Assembly: GCA_030550585.1 (NCBI GenBank)
Contig: JAUQPB010000001.1
Location: 64,001-128,000 of the forward strand
Source: Thermoproteota archaeon
GTDB lineage: Archaea; Thermoproteota; Thermoprotei_A; Sulfolobales; Ignisphaeraceae
Direction: 5' to 3'
DNA: 64,000 nt
Within the stretch, counting starts at the first letter, position 1; the number at the start of each line of letters is the position of its first letter. The notes beneath the pieces were generated by a model. It was not told the DNA's origin. It saw only the letters and a program-made list of their open reading frames with translations, and searched no databases. Positions 20,255 to 30,392 of this stretch are shown piece after piece. Position numbers and translations under genes: made by a program.

Positions 20255-21421
20255 TTGGCCAAACTCTCTACAGATGCTATTCATGGGCATGGGCACAGGG
20301 ATGCGCTCGGATCTCACATACCGCCCATCTACCTAGGTGTGATATACGAATATATCGACTATGAGTCCGGAGATGCCATATTCATTGATAGGGGCAACTA
20401 CCTTAGATATGGAAGAGAGGAGAACCCCACCACAAGAGCTCTCGAAAGAGTTGTTGCAAAACTTGAGAATACTGAGGATGCATTAGCGTTTAATAGTGGC
20501 ATGGCAGCCATATCGACAACGTTTCTGTGGAGGCTTAGACCTGGGGACAGGATCGTCATTCCGATGGAGCTATACAGCTCCACAATAGTTCTCCTCAACA
20601 ACCTAGCCGAGAAACTTAGTCTGAAAATCGCCAAGGTTTGGCCATCTGCAGAAGCAATAGTTGAGGCTGTAGACAGCAAAACATCTATGGTGTTTATAGA
20701 GACTATGACCAACCCCACAAACAAGGTTATAGATCTTGAGTATCTGTATAAACACCTAGACCTCTCTAAAACTCTTCTAGTAGTCGACAACACATTCACA
20801 ACACCTGTAATCCTAAAACCAGTTAAATACGGTGCACACCTCGTTGTACACAGCATGACAAAATACTTTGGAGGTCACAACGACGTTGTTGGAGGTGTTG
20901 TTGCGGGTTCCAAGAGCTACACAACTGCCTTGTGGGATTGGAGGAGAATGCTTGGAGGAATACTACAACCATTCGAATCATACATGATTCTAAGAGGTGT
21001 TAAAACACTTGAGGTGAGATTCGAGAAGCATAGCAGAAACGCCCAGGCAATCGCAGAGTATCTGGCTGATCACCCAAGAATTGAGGAGGTTATGTATCCG
21101 GGACTGAAGAGCAGTCCATACCACGAAATAGCGAAGAAAATATTTGAAAAACCGCTGTTTGGAGGGGTGATAAGCTTCAAAATAAAGGGCACCTATCAAG
21201 ACGCTATAAAATTCCTTAAAAGACTAAAGGTGATTAGGAGATGCCCAAGTCTTGGGGGGACAGAGTCCATGGCCGTGCTACCAGTAAAGGCAGGCTCAAT
21301 GTTTATCGAGCCAGAGGATAGGGTGAAACTGGGAATAACAGAGAATCTGGTCAGGCTTTCGGTTGGGCTAGAGGATGTTGAGGATCTGAAAGAGGATATA
21401 TCGCAGGCACTCAACATCTAA
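20255..21421 (+). CDS. Cystathionine gamma-synthase/lyase family PLP enzyme
   Basis: YGREENPT, FNSGMAA, ETMTNP, VDNTF, HSMTKYFGGH, SLGGTES, RLSVGLED. TTG start after a GAGGTGA RBS. Confidence 0.92.
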   Translation: MAKLSTDAIHGHGHRDALGSHIPPIYLGVIYEYIDYESGDAIFIDRGNYLRYGREENPTTRALERVVAKLENTEDALAFNSGMAAISTTFLWRLRPGDRIVIPMELYSSTIVLLNNLAEKLSLKIAKVWPSAEAIVEAVDSKTSMVFIETMTNPTNKVIDLEYLYKHLDLSKTLLVVDNTFTTPVILKPVKYGAHLVVHSMTKYFGGHNDVVGGVVAGSKSYTTALWDWRRMLGGILQPFESYMILRGVKTLEVRFEKHSRNAQAIAEYLADHPRIEEVMYPGLKSSPYHEIAKKIFEKPLFGGVISFKIKGTYQDAIKFLKRLKVIRRCPSLGGTESMAVLPVKAGSMFIEPEDRVKLGITENLVRLSVGLEDVEDLKEDISQALNI

Positions 21422-21524
21422 TACTGTATGAAAACAATACGGTTTTCCGCTCTATCCCTTGCTTTGATCAAATTTTATAATGTTTTTAATAAAGAGATAG
21501 ATTCTGGGTTTCAGGTAACATTAT

Positions 21525-22529
21525 ATGGATGCATATGAAAGTATCTTGGATATCCTGTCGAGGCATGCCGATGGGGTTCCACAGTCGTTTTTGTATAGGG
21601 CTCTACCCTTTTCCAAGTCCTATATTAGCATCGTTTTGAGAGAGCTTGAGAGAAGAGGTGTTGTTCATAGGGTTAGAATCGGCAACACATATATTGTTAG
21701 ACTTGCCAAGCCATTTACTAAGAGCTTCCATGGAAAGAGGCTTGTTCTTGGAATTGTCTGGTCGAGCGAATACCTGTTTCTAGGGCATTTTGCTAAAATG
21801 CTTAGAGACTCTCTTTCAATGGATCTGGATGTAAAGGTCTATCCAAATGCTGTTTCAGCCACCCTATCAATTTTAATGGGCGATGTCGATGCTGTTCTAA
21901 GCCCCCTCGCAACACAGCTCTACTTGTATCCAATTTCAAAGAGCTTTAAAATCGTTGGCGGTGGCGCAATCGGAGGTGGCTTTATATATGAGATTGGCGA
22001 TGGCGCAGAAGGTGTTGTAGCATCAAGCGAGCTTTCCACAATGGATCTATGCAGAGCTGTTGCAAGCGAGAGGAGATTGATCAACGAAGAAAGTGTTCTA
22101 TATTTCAACAGCTCGCAACAGGCTATAGAGATTGCCAGAGGCAGAGGCGCTAGAAACATTGTTGTTTGGCACCCAATCACATATGAAATAGAGAAGATGG
22201 GTGGAAAAAGAGTTGGGGAGTGCATAGAATTTGAGGAGACGAAACATTGTTGCACACTAGCAATCTCTGATAGGGTGCCTCCTGAGATGGTCGAGAAAAT
22301 AGCTACTATCTATAGACAGTCAATAGATGTTTTCAAGAGAGAGCCTAGCAGATTCCTCGACTGGTACTCAACATTAACAGGAATAGATACTGCCCTCCTT
22401 AGAGACGCTCTAAAGGTCTACAGATATGATGGCGAGCTAGACCACAAAAGCATTGACAAACTGATAAGGTTTATGAACATAAAGATACCTCACATTCAGA
22501 AATTGGAGAATGCCTTTTACAAAATATAG
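21525..22529 (+). CDS. wHTH plus periplasmic-binding-fold putative transcription regulator
   Basis: N-terminal HTH (SKSYISIVLRELERRGVV), C-terminal PBP2-like domain (GDVDAVLSP, VWHP, HCCTL), no signal peptide. Confidence 0.7.
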   Translation: MDAYESILDILSRHADGVPQSFLYRALPFSKSYISIVLRELERRGVVHRVRIGNTYIVRLAKPFTKSFHGKRLVLGIVWSSEYLFLGHFAKMLRDSLSMDLDVKVYPNAVSATLSILMGDVDAVLSPLATQLYLYPISKSFKIVGGGAIGGGFIYEIGDGAEGVVASSELSTMDLCRAVASERRLINEESVLYFNSSQQAIEIARGRGARNIVVWHPITYEIEKMGGKRVGECIEFEETKHCCTLAISDRVPPEMVEKIATIYRQSIDVFKREPSRFLDWYSTLTGIDTALLRDALKVYRYDGELDHKSIDKLIRFMNIKIPHIQKLENAFYKI

Positions 22530-22589
22530 TTTTTCTAACCAGCTCAATAAATTTTGTAGATATTGCCAATAAAAATATTAATAATATTG

Positions 22590-22610
22590 TTCATAAAAAT
22601 TCATTATGAA
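22590..22610. promoter_or_regulatory. Inverted repeat TTCATAA-N7-TTATGAA upstream of the prx promoter
   Basis: Abuts a BRE/TATA-like AAAGTTTAAA (22611-22620). Confidence 0.5.
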
Positions 22611-22661
22611 AAAGTTTAAATTTCTTCAGGAAACAAAAGATTTGTTAGAAGGTGCAGGAAA

Positions 22662-23375
22662 ATGGAAGAAAAAATACCTCTTCAAATAGGGTCTAAATTC
22701 CCTGAAATGACCGTTGTAACAACCCATGGTGTCAAGAAGCTACCCGACGACTACAAGGGAAAGTGGCTTGTGCTCTTCAGCCACCCAGCTGACTATACAC
22801 CAGTTTGTACAACAGAATTTGTGGGATTTGCTGTTAGATACGAGGATTTCAAAAAGCTTAATGCAGAGCTGCTCGGGCTTAGTGTTGACAGTGTTTATGC
22901 CCATATCAAGTGGATTGAGTGGATAAAGGAGAAATTGGGTGTTGAAATACCATTCCCAATTATAGCTGATCCAACTGGTGAGGTTGCAGCAAAACTCAAT
23001 ATGTTCCCTGTTGGGGGCACACATACCATCAGAGCTGTGTTCATAGTCGATCCAAGTGGTGTTATAAGAGCCATGCTGTACTATCCAGCCGAGACTGGCA
23101 GGAACTTGGATGAGATACTAAGGCTCTTGAAGGCTCTTCAAGTATCTGACAAATACCGTGTAGCGCTACCTGCCAACTGGCCAAACAATGCACTGATTGG
23201 CGAGAGAGCTATTGTGCCACCACCAACAACTGTTGCAGATGCGCAGGAGAGACTGAAGAAGTATGAGTGCTTTGACTGGTGGTTCTGCCACAAGGAGATA
23301 CCTGCTGAGGAAGCTGAAGAGGCTAAGAAGTTTCTTGAGAGAGCTGCTAAAAGACCGGAGCTACCAAAGAAGTGA
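22662..23375 (+). CDS. Peroxiredoxin, archaeal Prx6 type
   Basis: [25 protein letters not shown] and CFDWWFC motifs. Confidence 0.95.
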   Translation: MEEKIPLQIGSKFPEMTVVTTHGVKKLPDDYKGKWLVLFSHPADYTPVCTTEFVGFAVRYEDFKKLNAELLGLSVDSVYAHIKWIEWIKEKLGVEIPFPIIADPTGEVAAKLNMFPVGGTHTIRAVFIVDPSGVIRAMLYYPAETGRNLDEILRLLKALQVSDKYRVALPANWPNNALIGERAIVPPPTTVADAQERLKKYECFDWWFCHKEIPAEEAEEAKKFLERAAKRPELPKK

Positions 23376-23379
23376 GGAA

Positions 23380-24597
23380 CTACCTAAAATAATTATCCAA
23401 TCTACTATTTTTTAGCAAAAGTGTTAGAATTCTCGACTTTCTAACCCAGATCTTCGACCCCAGCGCAGAGTATTTGTCGACTATCTTCAGAGCCTCATCT
23501 AAGCTACTAACCCTGTAAGGCTTCTGGCTATACATAGCCCTGAGCTGCTCCCTCACAAACCAGACGCCAATGGGTATGTCGAAACCTGGGTAAACCTCCC
23601 TCAAAACAACTGCTATAGCCTGTCTAGCTATCTTATTCAAGTACTCAGCTGTTGCAAGTCTAGCAGCATAGTAGCACCCACCTATAGACGCATATTCGTC
23701 TCTAGGTCTAAACAATTCGTGGTCTCCCTCTACAACAACTTCACTACCGTTTGGATTCCACGTCGACTTTGGGAACCATGCCTCCATCCACTCAAAGCTC
23801 CATTCACCTGGAATGAGAATCGATATGAATAGGTTCTTCGCATAGAACCTTACAAAAACTTGTATCTCACTCAAATGGCTGTAGAACCTTATCCTCTCTG
23901 TTATCAAGTGTCTCGATATTATATCGTCTACAGCTGTTATAGCCCATCTTGTTGGAACAAGTCTCCTCCTCTTTGCAGCGCCCAATGCACCCACGCTAAA
24001 GATCTTCTGTATCTGTGAAACTGGAATCCCACCCCTATAAAGCTCAACAACAGCCTCCAACGCTGTTGCATCGCCATCTCCATAAATTCTCTCAACAACT
24101 TTAGATGTCGACGGAATTGAAACAACCTTAAAGCTGTCTATAGGTGCTCTAGGGCCTATAGGAGGCTCGAACTCGCTGAAGCTATATCCCCTAGGCCTTT
24201 TAGCAAACCTCATCTCTATATCCACAGGCCTTAGAGTCAAGACCATTTGCTGAAGCTCTTGAACAAACCTATCATCTATTTTCGTTACACCAACAACCCT
24301 TCTACCAAGAAATAGGCTGAGCCTCATAGAAACAACCTCGTCCACAGGCTTAGACTGCCAAAGCTCTGGATAGTCGTAGATAGATGTGTCACCGGTTTCG
24401 GCAGGTGCCATAGGCCCTGCGAAAACATTTGGATATCCGATCCTCCCGATGAAGACTGATGGGGGTGAGGAGCCAAAGACGGTGTCAGAAACGTTAGAGA
24501 CTTTGATGTATGCCCTTGTCTTTGCTAGTATTGGGCAGTAAGCCCTTCCACAAAGATATTTTGCCCCTCTGCACAAAATACATAGACTGCTACTCAT
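23380..24597 (-). CDS. nreA: Nre-family DNA repair protein
   Basis: CILCRG...LCG...CP zinc site, GSSPPSVFIG, LVPTRWAITAVD, GGCYYAARL, C-terminal PIP-like SRLDNYF. Confidence 0.92.
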   Translation of the reverse strand: MSSSLCILCRGAKYLCGRAYCPILAKTRAYIKVSNVSDTVFGSSPPSVFIGRIGYPNVFAGPMAPAETGDTSIYDYPELWQSKPVDEVVSMRLSLFLGRRVVGVTKIDDRFVQELQQMVLTLRPVDIEMRFAKRPRGYSFSEFEPPIGPRAPIDSFKVVSIPSTSKVVERIYGDGDATALEAVVELYRGGIPVSQIQKIFSVGALGAAKRRRLVPTRWAITAVDDIISRHLITERIRFYSHLSEIQVFVRFYAKNLFISILIPGEWSFEWMEAWFPKSTWNPNGSEVVVEGDHELFRPRDEYASIGGCYYAARLATAEYLNKIARQAIAVVLREVYPGFDIPIGVWFVREQLRAMYSQKPYRVSSLDEALKIVDKYSALGSKIWVRKSRILTLLLKNSRLDNYFR

Positions 24598-24682
24598 ATC
24601 ACGCCCAGTCTATTGTGTTGCTAAACAAAATTTAAATTGTGTGAACCGAAACTAAAAATTGGCTATTCTAGGCATTGCATAG

Positions 24683-25003
24683 GTGTTGCACAGCATGGCC
24701 ATACTTGTAGAGCTTAGGGTTGTACCTGTAGGCACAAAAACAACTAGTTTGAGTGGCTATGTAGCAAAGGTTATCGAGTTGATAAAGAGTAGAGGCTACA
24801 ACTACTTCTTAAGTCCTATGGGAACATCTATAGAGGTTAAAACGTTTGACGATATAGCAAAGCTGTTAGAGGACATCGCAAACATGCTCAGAAGCGAGGG
24901 TGTGCAGAGAATTGTGATAGACATTGCAATTGATGCGAGATTCGACAAGGATGCCCATCTAGAGTCGAAGATTAGAAGTGTTGAGGAGAAGCTAGCTAGG
25001 TAG
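24683..25003 (+). CDS. MTH1187/thiamine-binding family protein
   Basis: VVPVGTKTTSLSGYVA, SPMGTSIE, and ID.R.DK...LESKIRSV motifs. Confidence 0.88.
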   Translation: MLHSMAILVELRVVPVGTKTTSLSGYVAKVIELIKSRGYNYFLSPMGTSIEVKTFDDIAKLLEDIANMLRSEGVQRIVIDIAIDARFDKDAHLESKIRSVEEKLAR

Positions 25004-26041
25004 AGAACCGTTCAAGGGCCTTGCAATGTATATCCCATCATCGCTAGACACAATCTCCACCTTAATCCTCTTACCCACAAGCCTATCATACCACTGAACA
25101 CCAACCACAGTAATTGCAACATCATAGTCTTTATCAACAGCTATAACCTCGTTTTTGAGCCACCCAGGAACAGCAATGACAACGTCTATGACATCGCCTC
25201 TCCCATATTTTATCGGATACCTTCTAGCGGGTCTAATACCAAAATCAAGCCTTTTATAGTATAGAGCAATTCCATATTCTTTTTCCAGATCCTCCAAAAA
25301 CCTTTTGAATGTGCTCCAAGAAACTTCTTTGACGTTTCGAACCTTTCTTCCATACCTATGAACCTCATATTTCTGTATTCCGAAGGGTGGAAACCTCTTT
25401 CCAACCCCTATTCTGAGACCCCACTCAACAATCTTCTTTATATCGTCGTCGTTTAGACCCGGTATCCACACAGGGGTTAGATGGACATCTATCCTGGTGT
25501 TTTTAACAATGTACTCGACGATCTCCATAACACTTTTAACGCTGTACCACGGAACCCCCTGGATGGTCTTGCCCTTCTCCTCGTCGAGTGTATCGATGCT
25601 GATGTTCAGCCTGTCTAGGCCAGCCTCGTCGAGCATGTCTATCAATGCTTTGGATAGTGTCTGTCCCCTACTCTCCATAGCAACCCTTGGAAAGATCTTC
25701 TTAAGCTCTCTAACGATGTCAACTATGTTTGGGTGTGTTGGGGGCTCCCCCACACCATCTATGAGAGCTTCTAGCACGTCGCCACCCTTGGCATTTCTCA
25801 CATGCTTTGCCCACTTGACCAAGTGTCTCCAGTCCACAATATACTCTGATTGTCTGTGTCTAGAGAAGGGCCCAGCGTCAACACTACAGAATATGCAGTT
25901 GTAGGGGCATATCGTTGTCGGTCTAATCTGCAAAACGTTTGTCCCTCTATCAACAATGCCAAATGCTATGTGGCCCACGAGGGGGAGGTCATCAACGTAT
26001 ATGTAGAGCCTTGCCTTTGTTCTCCCTATTATCTGCGTCAT
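24992..26041 (-). CDS. Radical SAM protein, conserved archaeal family with C-terminal TRAM-like domain
   Basis: AFGIVDRGTNVLQIRP, CPYNCIFC and DGVGEP motifs. Confidence 0.88.
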   Translation of the reverse strand: MTQIIGRTKARLYIYVDDLPLVGHIAFGIVDRGTNVLQIRPTTICPYNCIFCSVDAGPFSRHRQSEYIVDWRHLVKWAKHVRNAKGGDVLEALIDGVGEPPTHPNIVDIVRELKKIFPRVAMESRGQTLSKALIDMLDEAGLDRLNISIDTLDEEKGKTIQGVPWYSVKSVMEIVEYIVKNTRIDVHLTPVWIPGLNDDDIKKIVEWGLRIGVGKRFPPFGIQKYEVHRYGRKVRNVKEVSWSTFKRFLEDLEKEYGIALYYKRLDFGIRPARRYPIKYGRGDVIDVVIAVPGWLKNEVIAVDKDYDVAITVVGVQWYDRLVGKRIKVEIVSSDDGIYIARPLNGSLPS

Positions 26042-26109
26042 CGTATCTTTCTATCGGTTTATACATATGTGACTTTATAAAGATTTTCCTGTAGAAAAAT
26101 CCAACATTT

Positions 26110-27618
26110 CTATGGCACATCCTTCGACTTGACTATGATTCTAAGTGTTATCGGCTTCTTCAACCTCTTTGTGTCTGGCAAAACGATTTTCAAGCCGTTT
26201 TCTGTTAGACTCCAAGAAACCTTTTCTTGTGTGTTGGGTATATCGATGCTGACTATATCTTCGTGCACGCCTCCCAACGCTTTTAGCGTTATCTCCTGCT
26301 TTGGCTCGCCTAATATTGTGGCATAGACAATTTCTTTGAATGGATATGCATACTTTGTTGTATATCTTACATCCTCTCCGGTGAAGGCAAGTCTCCTCTC
26401 AGTGAAGAAACCTTCCTCAACTTTTGTAGGCCCCTCACCAAACACTATCCACGGTCTTGAGCCGTAGACAGACTCTCCATAGATTTTCAGCCACTCGCCA
26501 ATGTTTAAAAGTATCCTCTTCTGCTCTTCTGGTATCGTCCCATCGGGCTTTGGACCTATGTTCAATAGAAAAGAACCGTTCTTGCTAACAACATCCACCA
26601 TGTGTCGGATTATAGTCTCTGGCGATTTATACTCGGCATCTCTTATGTACCCCCATGACTTGTAGTCAACAGAGGTGTCGGCAAGCCACGGATAGTCCTG
26701 TATCGTTGCCACACTCCCTCTTTCTAGATCTGGGACTGCCACACCCTTGGGGAAGGCACCGTGCTTATAGACTATAACAGGCTCTATGCCCCAGCCATAG
26801 CATCTGTTATAGTAGTAGGCTGCAAATGCTTTTAGGTATGGCTCGAAGGCCGGGTTTGCTATCCACCAATCGAAGTACACTATCCAAGGTCTATACCTCT
26901 CAACAACCTCGACAATTCTTAGTAGCCAATCCATTAGAAAGCTGTGGTCTGGAGGAACATTATCCGGTGATGGCGGTGCCCTGGGGTCGAGCGAGGCGGG
27001 TTTTGCGGGCCCATATAAGTCAAAGTATTTTGGGTCTCTAACATCAGAGTCTATCTTCATCCCAGTGTTGAAGAACCACCAGTGCTCTGCCCTATGATAG
27101 GACACACCAAATATTAGCCCCCTATCCTCAACAGCTTTCTTAAGCTCTTTGACAATATCTCTCTTCGGGCCAACTCTAGTAGCGCACCATCTTGTGTAGC
27201 TAGAGTCCCACAATGCAAAGCCGTCGTGGTGCTCCGCAACAAGAACAACAAATTTTGCGCCTGCCCTCTCGAATATCCTAGCCCATTCGTCTGGATCCCA
27301 GTTGTCGGCTGTGAACATGGGTATAAAGTCTTTGTATCCAAAATCTCTGTGGGGGCCAAAGTTTTTTAGGTGATATTCGTACTCTGGCTGCGAAGGGTCG
27401 TACATGTTTCTAGGGTACCACTCGCTGCCAAAAGCAGGTACAGAATATGCTCCCCAGTGAATGAATATGCCGAACCTCGAGTCTGTGAACCACTTTGGGA
27501 CTTTGTACATGTTCAGCGAGTCCCACGATGGTTTGAAAGGCCCTTTCACAGGAGCTGGAATGCTAGACAAGATCTCCTCAGGGCTCATAACAATATCCCA
27601 GCGACTTATTGACACCAA
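26110..27618 (-). CDS. fucA: Alpha-L-fucosidase (GH29), uninterrupted
   Basis: FGIFIHWGAYSVP, EWY, EHHDGF, YFDW and VSKNGSFLLNIGP motifs. Confidence 0.94.
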   Translation of the reverse strand: MVSISRWDIVMSPEEILSSIPAPVKGPFKPSWDSLNMYKVPKWFTDSRFGIFIHWGAYSVPAFGSEWYPRNMYDPSQPEYEYHLKNFGPHRDFGYKDFIPMFTADNWDPDEWARIFERAGAKFVVLVAEHHDGFALWDSSYTRWCATRVGPKRDIVKELKKAVEDRGLIFGVSYHRAEHWWFFNTGMKIDSDVRDPKYFDLYGPAKPASLDPRAPPSPDNVPPDHSFLMDWLLRIVEVVERYRPWIVYFDWWIANPAFEPYLKAFAAYYYNRCYGWGIEPVIVYKHGAFPKGVAVPDLERGSVATIQDYPWLADTSVDYKSWGYIRDAEYKSPETIIRHMVDVVSKNGSFLLNIGPKPDGTIPEEQKRILLNIGEWLKIYGESVYGSRPWIVFGEGPTKVEEGFFTERRLAFTGEDVRYTTKYAYPFKEIVYATILGEPKQEITLKALGGVHEDIVSIDIPNTQEKVSWSLTENGLKIVLPDTKRLKKPITLRIIVKSKDVP

Positions 27619-27692
27619 TTATTAATAAGTCCAGATGCTATATAGCCTCTCGCTATTAGCGACATCTAACATCTCTGCCAAGTATTTAGAAG

Positions 27693-28730
27693 ATGGGCTG
27701 GGGGTGTATTTTAACGATGTTCGGACTTGTTGAAGGTTTTTATCTGCTTCTGAGAGATAAGTCCATATTCTATGTCAAGGGGGTTTCCCACCCACCGAAC
27801 AGGGTCGTGGCTTTTCCTAAATATGTGCCTAGAAGCGATGGGGATAGGATACATCCATCCGGGCTTAGATATGCAAAAATACCTGGTGTAGACAATGAGA
27901 TGAGGTTTCTACTGAGCAACTACCCCCATTACATAGCCTACGACAGTTTCTTCTGCCGACCAGTTCCCACAGTACCTCTAAGCGATATAGAAACGGTTTT
28001 GAATCCTCTTGAAAAAGCTGAGGAGATATTATTGCATAGAGTGATTGAAGACGATGTTATTAGAAGTGTTAGAGAGTTTATACTGCTTGCCAATGAGGTT
28101 GGCGGTGTTAGAAACATTGGTGTTTCAGGATCTATTCTAGCAAATCTGCACACTCACAACTCGGACATCGACATTGTTGTCTATGGCTGGCGCGACTCAA
28201 TTAAAATGTATAGGTTTCTACAAGATGCTATCGGTGATAAGAGCCTTGGATTTGCGAAGTACTCTGGCAATGCTTTGCAGGAGCTGTATAGAGAGAGGGT
28301 GTCTGAGACCCCCATACCATTTGAGAAATTTGCTGAGATAGAGTCTCAGAGGGTTTTAGACGGCTTGTTCAGGGGGAGGAGATACTTTGTAAGGTTGGTG
28401 AAAGAGCCTGGAAGAGATGACACATACGGTTCTTATACATGTGCAAAAATTGGTGTGGCAACCCTAAAGCTTAGAGTAGAAGACGATTCAGACTCTATAT
28501 ACACTCCATGCAGATACAAGGTGGAGGTAGAGGAGTTCATAGACGGTGTTAGAGCCTATGTCGAAGAGGTCTATAGTCTCAGGGGGAGATTCAATGAAAT
28601 AGCTAAGAAGGGGGACACAGTCGTAGCAAGAGGGTCAGTCGAATTACTTAGATACAGAGATGGCTCCACCAAGTATAGACTGTATGTTGGTGATGCAGGA
28701 GATTTTATCTACCCGATAAAAACCCTCTAG
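27693..28730 (+). CDS. Uncharacterised archaeal nucleotidyltransferase-domain protein
   Basis: GVSGSIL...SDIDIVVYG pol-beta motif, HPP...AFPKYVP N-terminus, OB-like C-terminus. Confidence 0.75.
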   Translation: MGWGCILTMFGLVEGFYLLLRDKSIFYVKGVSHPPNRVVAFPKYVPRSDGDRIHPSGLRYAKIPGVDNEMRFLLSNYPHYIAYDSFFCRPVPTVPLSDIETVLNPLEKAEEILLHRVIEDDVIRSVREFILLANEVGGVRNIGVSGSILANLHTHNSDIDIVVYGWRDSIKMYRFLQDAIGDKSLGFAKYSGNALQELYRERVSETPIPFEKFAEIESQRVLDGLFRGRRYFVRLVKEPGRDDTYGSYTCAKIGVATLKLRVEDDSDSIYTPCRYKVEVEEFIDGVRAYVEEVYSLRGRFNEIAKKGDTVVARGSVELLRYRDGSTKYRLYVGDAGDFIYPIKTL

Positions 28731-28818
28731 ATCTATACAAAAGATCTGTACCGAATAAAGACTTTTATAAACAGACTAAGCAAATCTTGTAACAAACTCT
28801 GCAAATGGTGTTGGCAAA

Positions 28819-29331
28819 ATGGCTAAAATAGGTATGAGGTTTGGAGAAGCTCTTGTTGGCGAAGAGCCTGAGGTCGCCCACATAGACTTGATTATAGGGG
28901 ATAAAGATGGGCCTGCAGGCATAGGCTTTGCATTTGGTCTAGCCCACCAGACATATGGACACACAAAACTGTTTGCCGTTCTAACACCAAATCTCCTTGT
29001 CAAACCTGTTACACTGATAGTCCCCAAGGTGACTATAAAGAATTTGAAGCAGGCAGAGCTTGTGTTTGGTGCTGCACAATACGCTGTTGCGAAAGCTGTT
29101 GCTGATGCTGTTGCCGAGGGCATCATACCAAAGGATATTGTTGAAGATGTTGTTATAATCTGTGGGGTGTTTGTCCATCCAGCTGCTAAAGACCCTGACA
29201 AGGTGTTCAAATTCAATTACGAAGCTACAAAGCTAGCTATTAAGAGGGCTATGGAGGGAGAGCCAAAGATAGACGAGATACTTGCAAAGAAGGATACTGT
29301 TGCACACCCCTTCTACAAGCCAAAGAAGTAA
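28819..29331 (+). CDS. fae: Formaldehyde-activating enzyme (H4MPT hydro-lyase), stand-alone
   Basis: GEALVG..PEVAHIDLIIG, GHT.L.AVL.PNL..KP.TL.VPKVTIK, FGAAQ.AVAKAVADAVAEG, VFVHP.A, NYEATKLAI.RA. Confidence 0.92.
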   Translation: MAKIGMRFGEALVGEEPEVAHIDLIIGDKDGPAGIGFAFGLAHQTYGHTKLFAVLTPNLLVKPVTLIVPKVTIKNLKQAELVFGAAQYAVAKAVADAVAEGIIPKDIVEDVVIICGVFVHPAAKDPDKVFKFNYEATKLAIKRAMEGEPKIDEILAKKDTVAHPFYKPKK

Positions 29332-29335
29332 AAAA

Positions 29336-29776
29336 TCAACTCTTTTTCACTTTTTCAACAACCCTAATACCCTCGATCACTGTGTATGGGTATTGACCCT
29401 GCTCATCCTTCTCATACTTCTTAACCATATCCCACACATTTAGAAGTGCTATTGAAACAGCTGTTAGAGCCTCCATCTCCACACCTGTTCTCTCACGGGT
29501 CTTAACCAAAACCTCTATGCAAAGCCTTTCATCTTCAAGCCAGATCCTGGGCTCTACATAGTCTATCTTTATGGGGTGGCAGAAAGGCAGTATCATATGT
29601 GCTAGCTTGGCAGATGATATCGCCACGAGAGATGATGCTGCTATAACATCGCCTTTCTCAATCTCCCTATTTCTAATCCTCTCAACAGTTTCTCTCCTAA
29701 GCTTTATACACCCTCTTGCAACAGCTTCTCTGAAAACCTCGGGCTTTTCACTCACATCAACCATTTTTACAGACAT
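29336..29776 (-). CDS. moaC: Cyclic pyranopterin monophosphate synthase
   Basis: MVDVSEK, KGDV, LPFCHP, TGVEMEALTAV and DMVK motifs. Confidence 0.95.
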   Translation of the reverse strand: MSVKMVDVSEKPEVFREAVARGCIKLRRETVERIRNREIEKGDVIAASSLVAISSAKLAHMILPFCHPIKIDYVEPRIWLEDERLCIEVLVKTRERTGVEMEALTAVSIALLNVWDMVKKYEKDEQGQYPYTVIEGIRVVEKVKKS

Positions 29777-29813
29777 AGATTTTAACCTCTGAAAAAACTG
29801 TTAAAACATATTC

Positions 29814-30305
29814 GTGGTGTCTATGCTAATATCCTTTGTAGATGCTAAAAACGGTTTAAAGTTCCTAGAGTACCTTAGAAGCCTCGGATGTACTGTAGAT
29901 GAAGAGGCGCACACAGTGCTACCAGACTCGTCTGAGTATGGTCTATACGCCTGCAGACAGAACGGCACTCTCAAAGCGGTTTTCGTAATGCATTATATAG
30001 ACCATCACTACGCAGCTCTAATGAATCTCAAGGATGATGCTAGTGATAGAGAGGTTATAGAGGCTTTGCTAAAGGCGAAGGAAAATGGGGTTTGGATGGC
30101 GCCGACAGAGCCTGTAATATATATATCAGTTGATTATGATATTGTTAAAAAGCTTGGTATGTACGTAGATGAGATCCCGTCTGAGGCTTCAAAGCATGTA
30201 GAAACATACCTCAATTCCAATACCAGCTGGAGAGAACTGCTAAGAGAAGTTGTTCCCAGTCTAATCAGATTCGTTCAGAATATTGCAAGCACAGCTGAAG
30301 TTTAG
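29814..30305 (+). CDS. Hypothetical protein
   Basis: 163-aa ORF filling the gap, GGTG RBS before ATG 29823, no recognised motif. Confidence 0.65.
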   Translation: MVSMLISFVDAKNGLKFLEYLRSLGCTVDEEAHTVLPDSSEYGLYACRQNGTLKAVFVMHYIDHHYAALMNLKDDASDREVIEALLKAKENGVWMAPTEPVIYISVDYDIVKKLGMYVDEIPSEASKHVETYLNSNTSWRELLREVVPSLIRFVQNIASTAEV

Positions 30306-30392
30306 TTTCTTGGATGAGTTTGAAAGTTTATATATAGCTCCAAATGATAGCTACAGTAGTGATAGTTACTGCAAAAGGGTAAGCTAAGTGGT

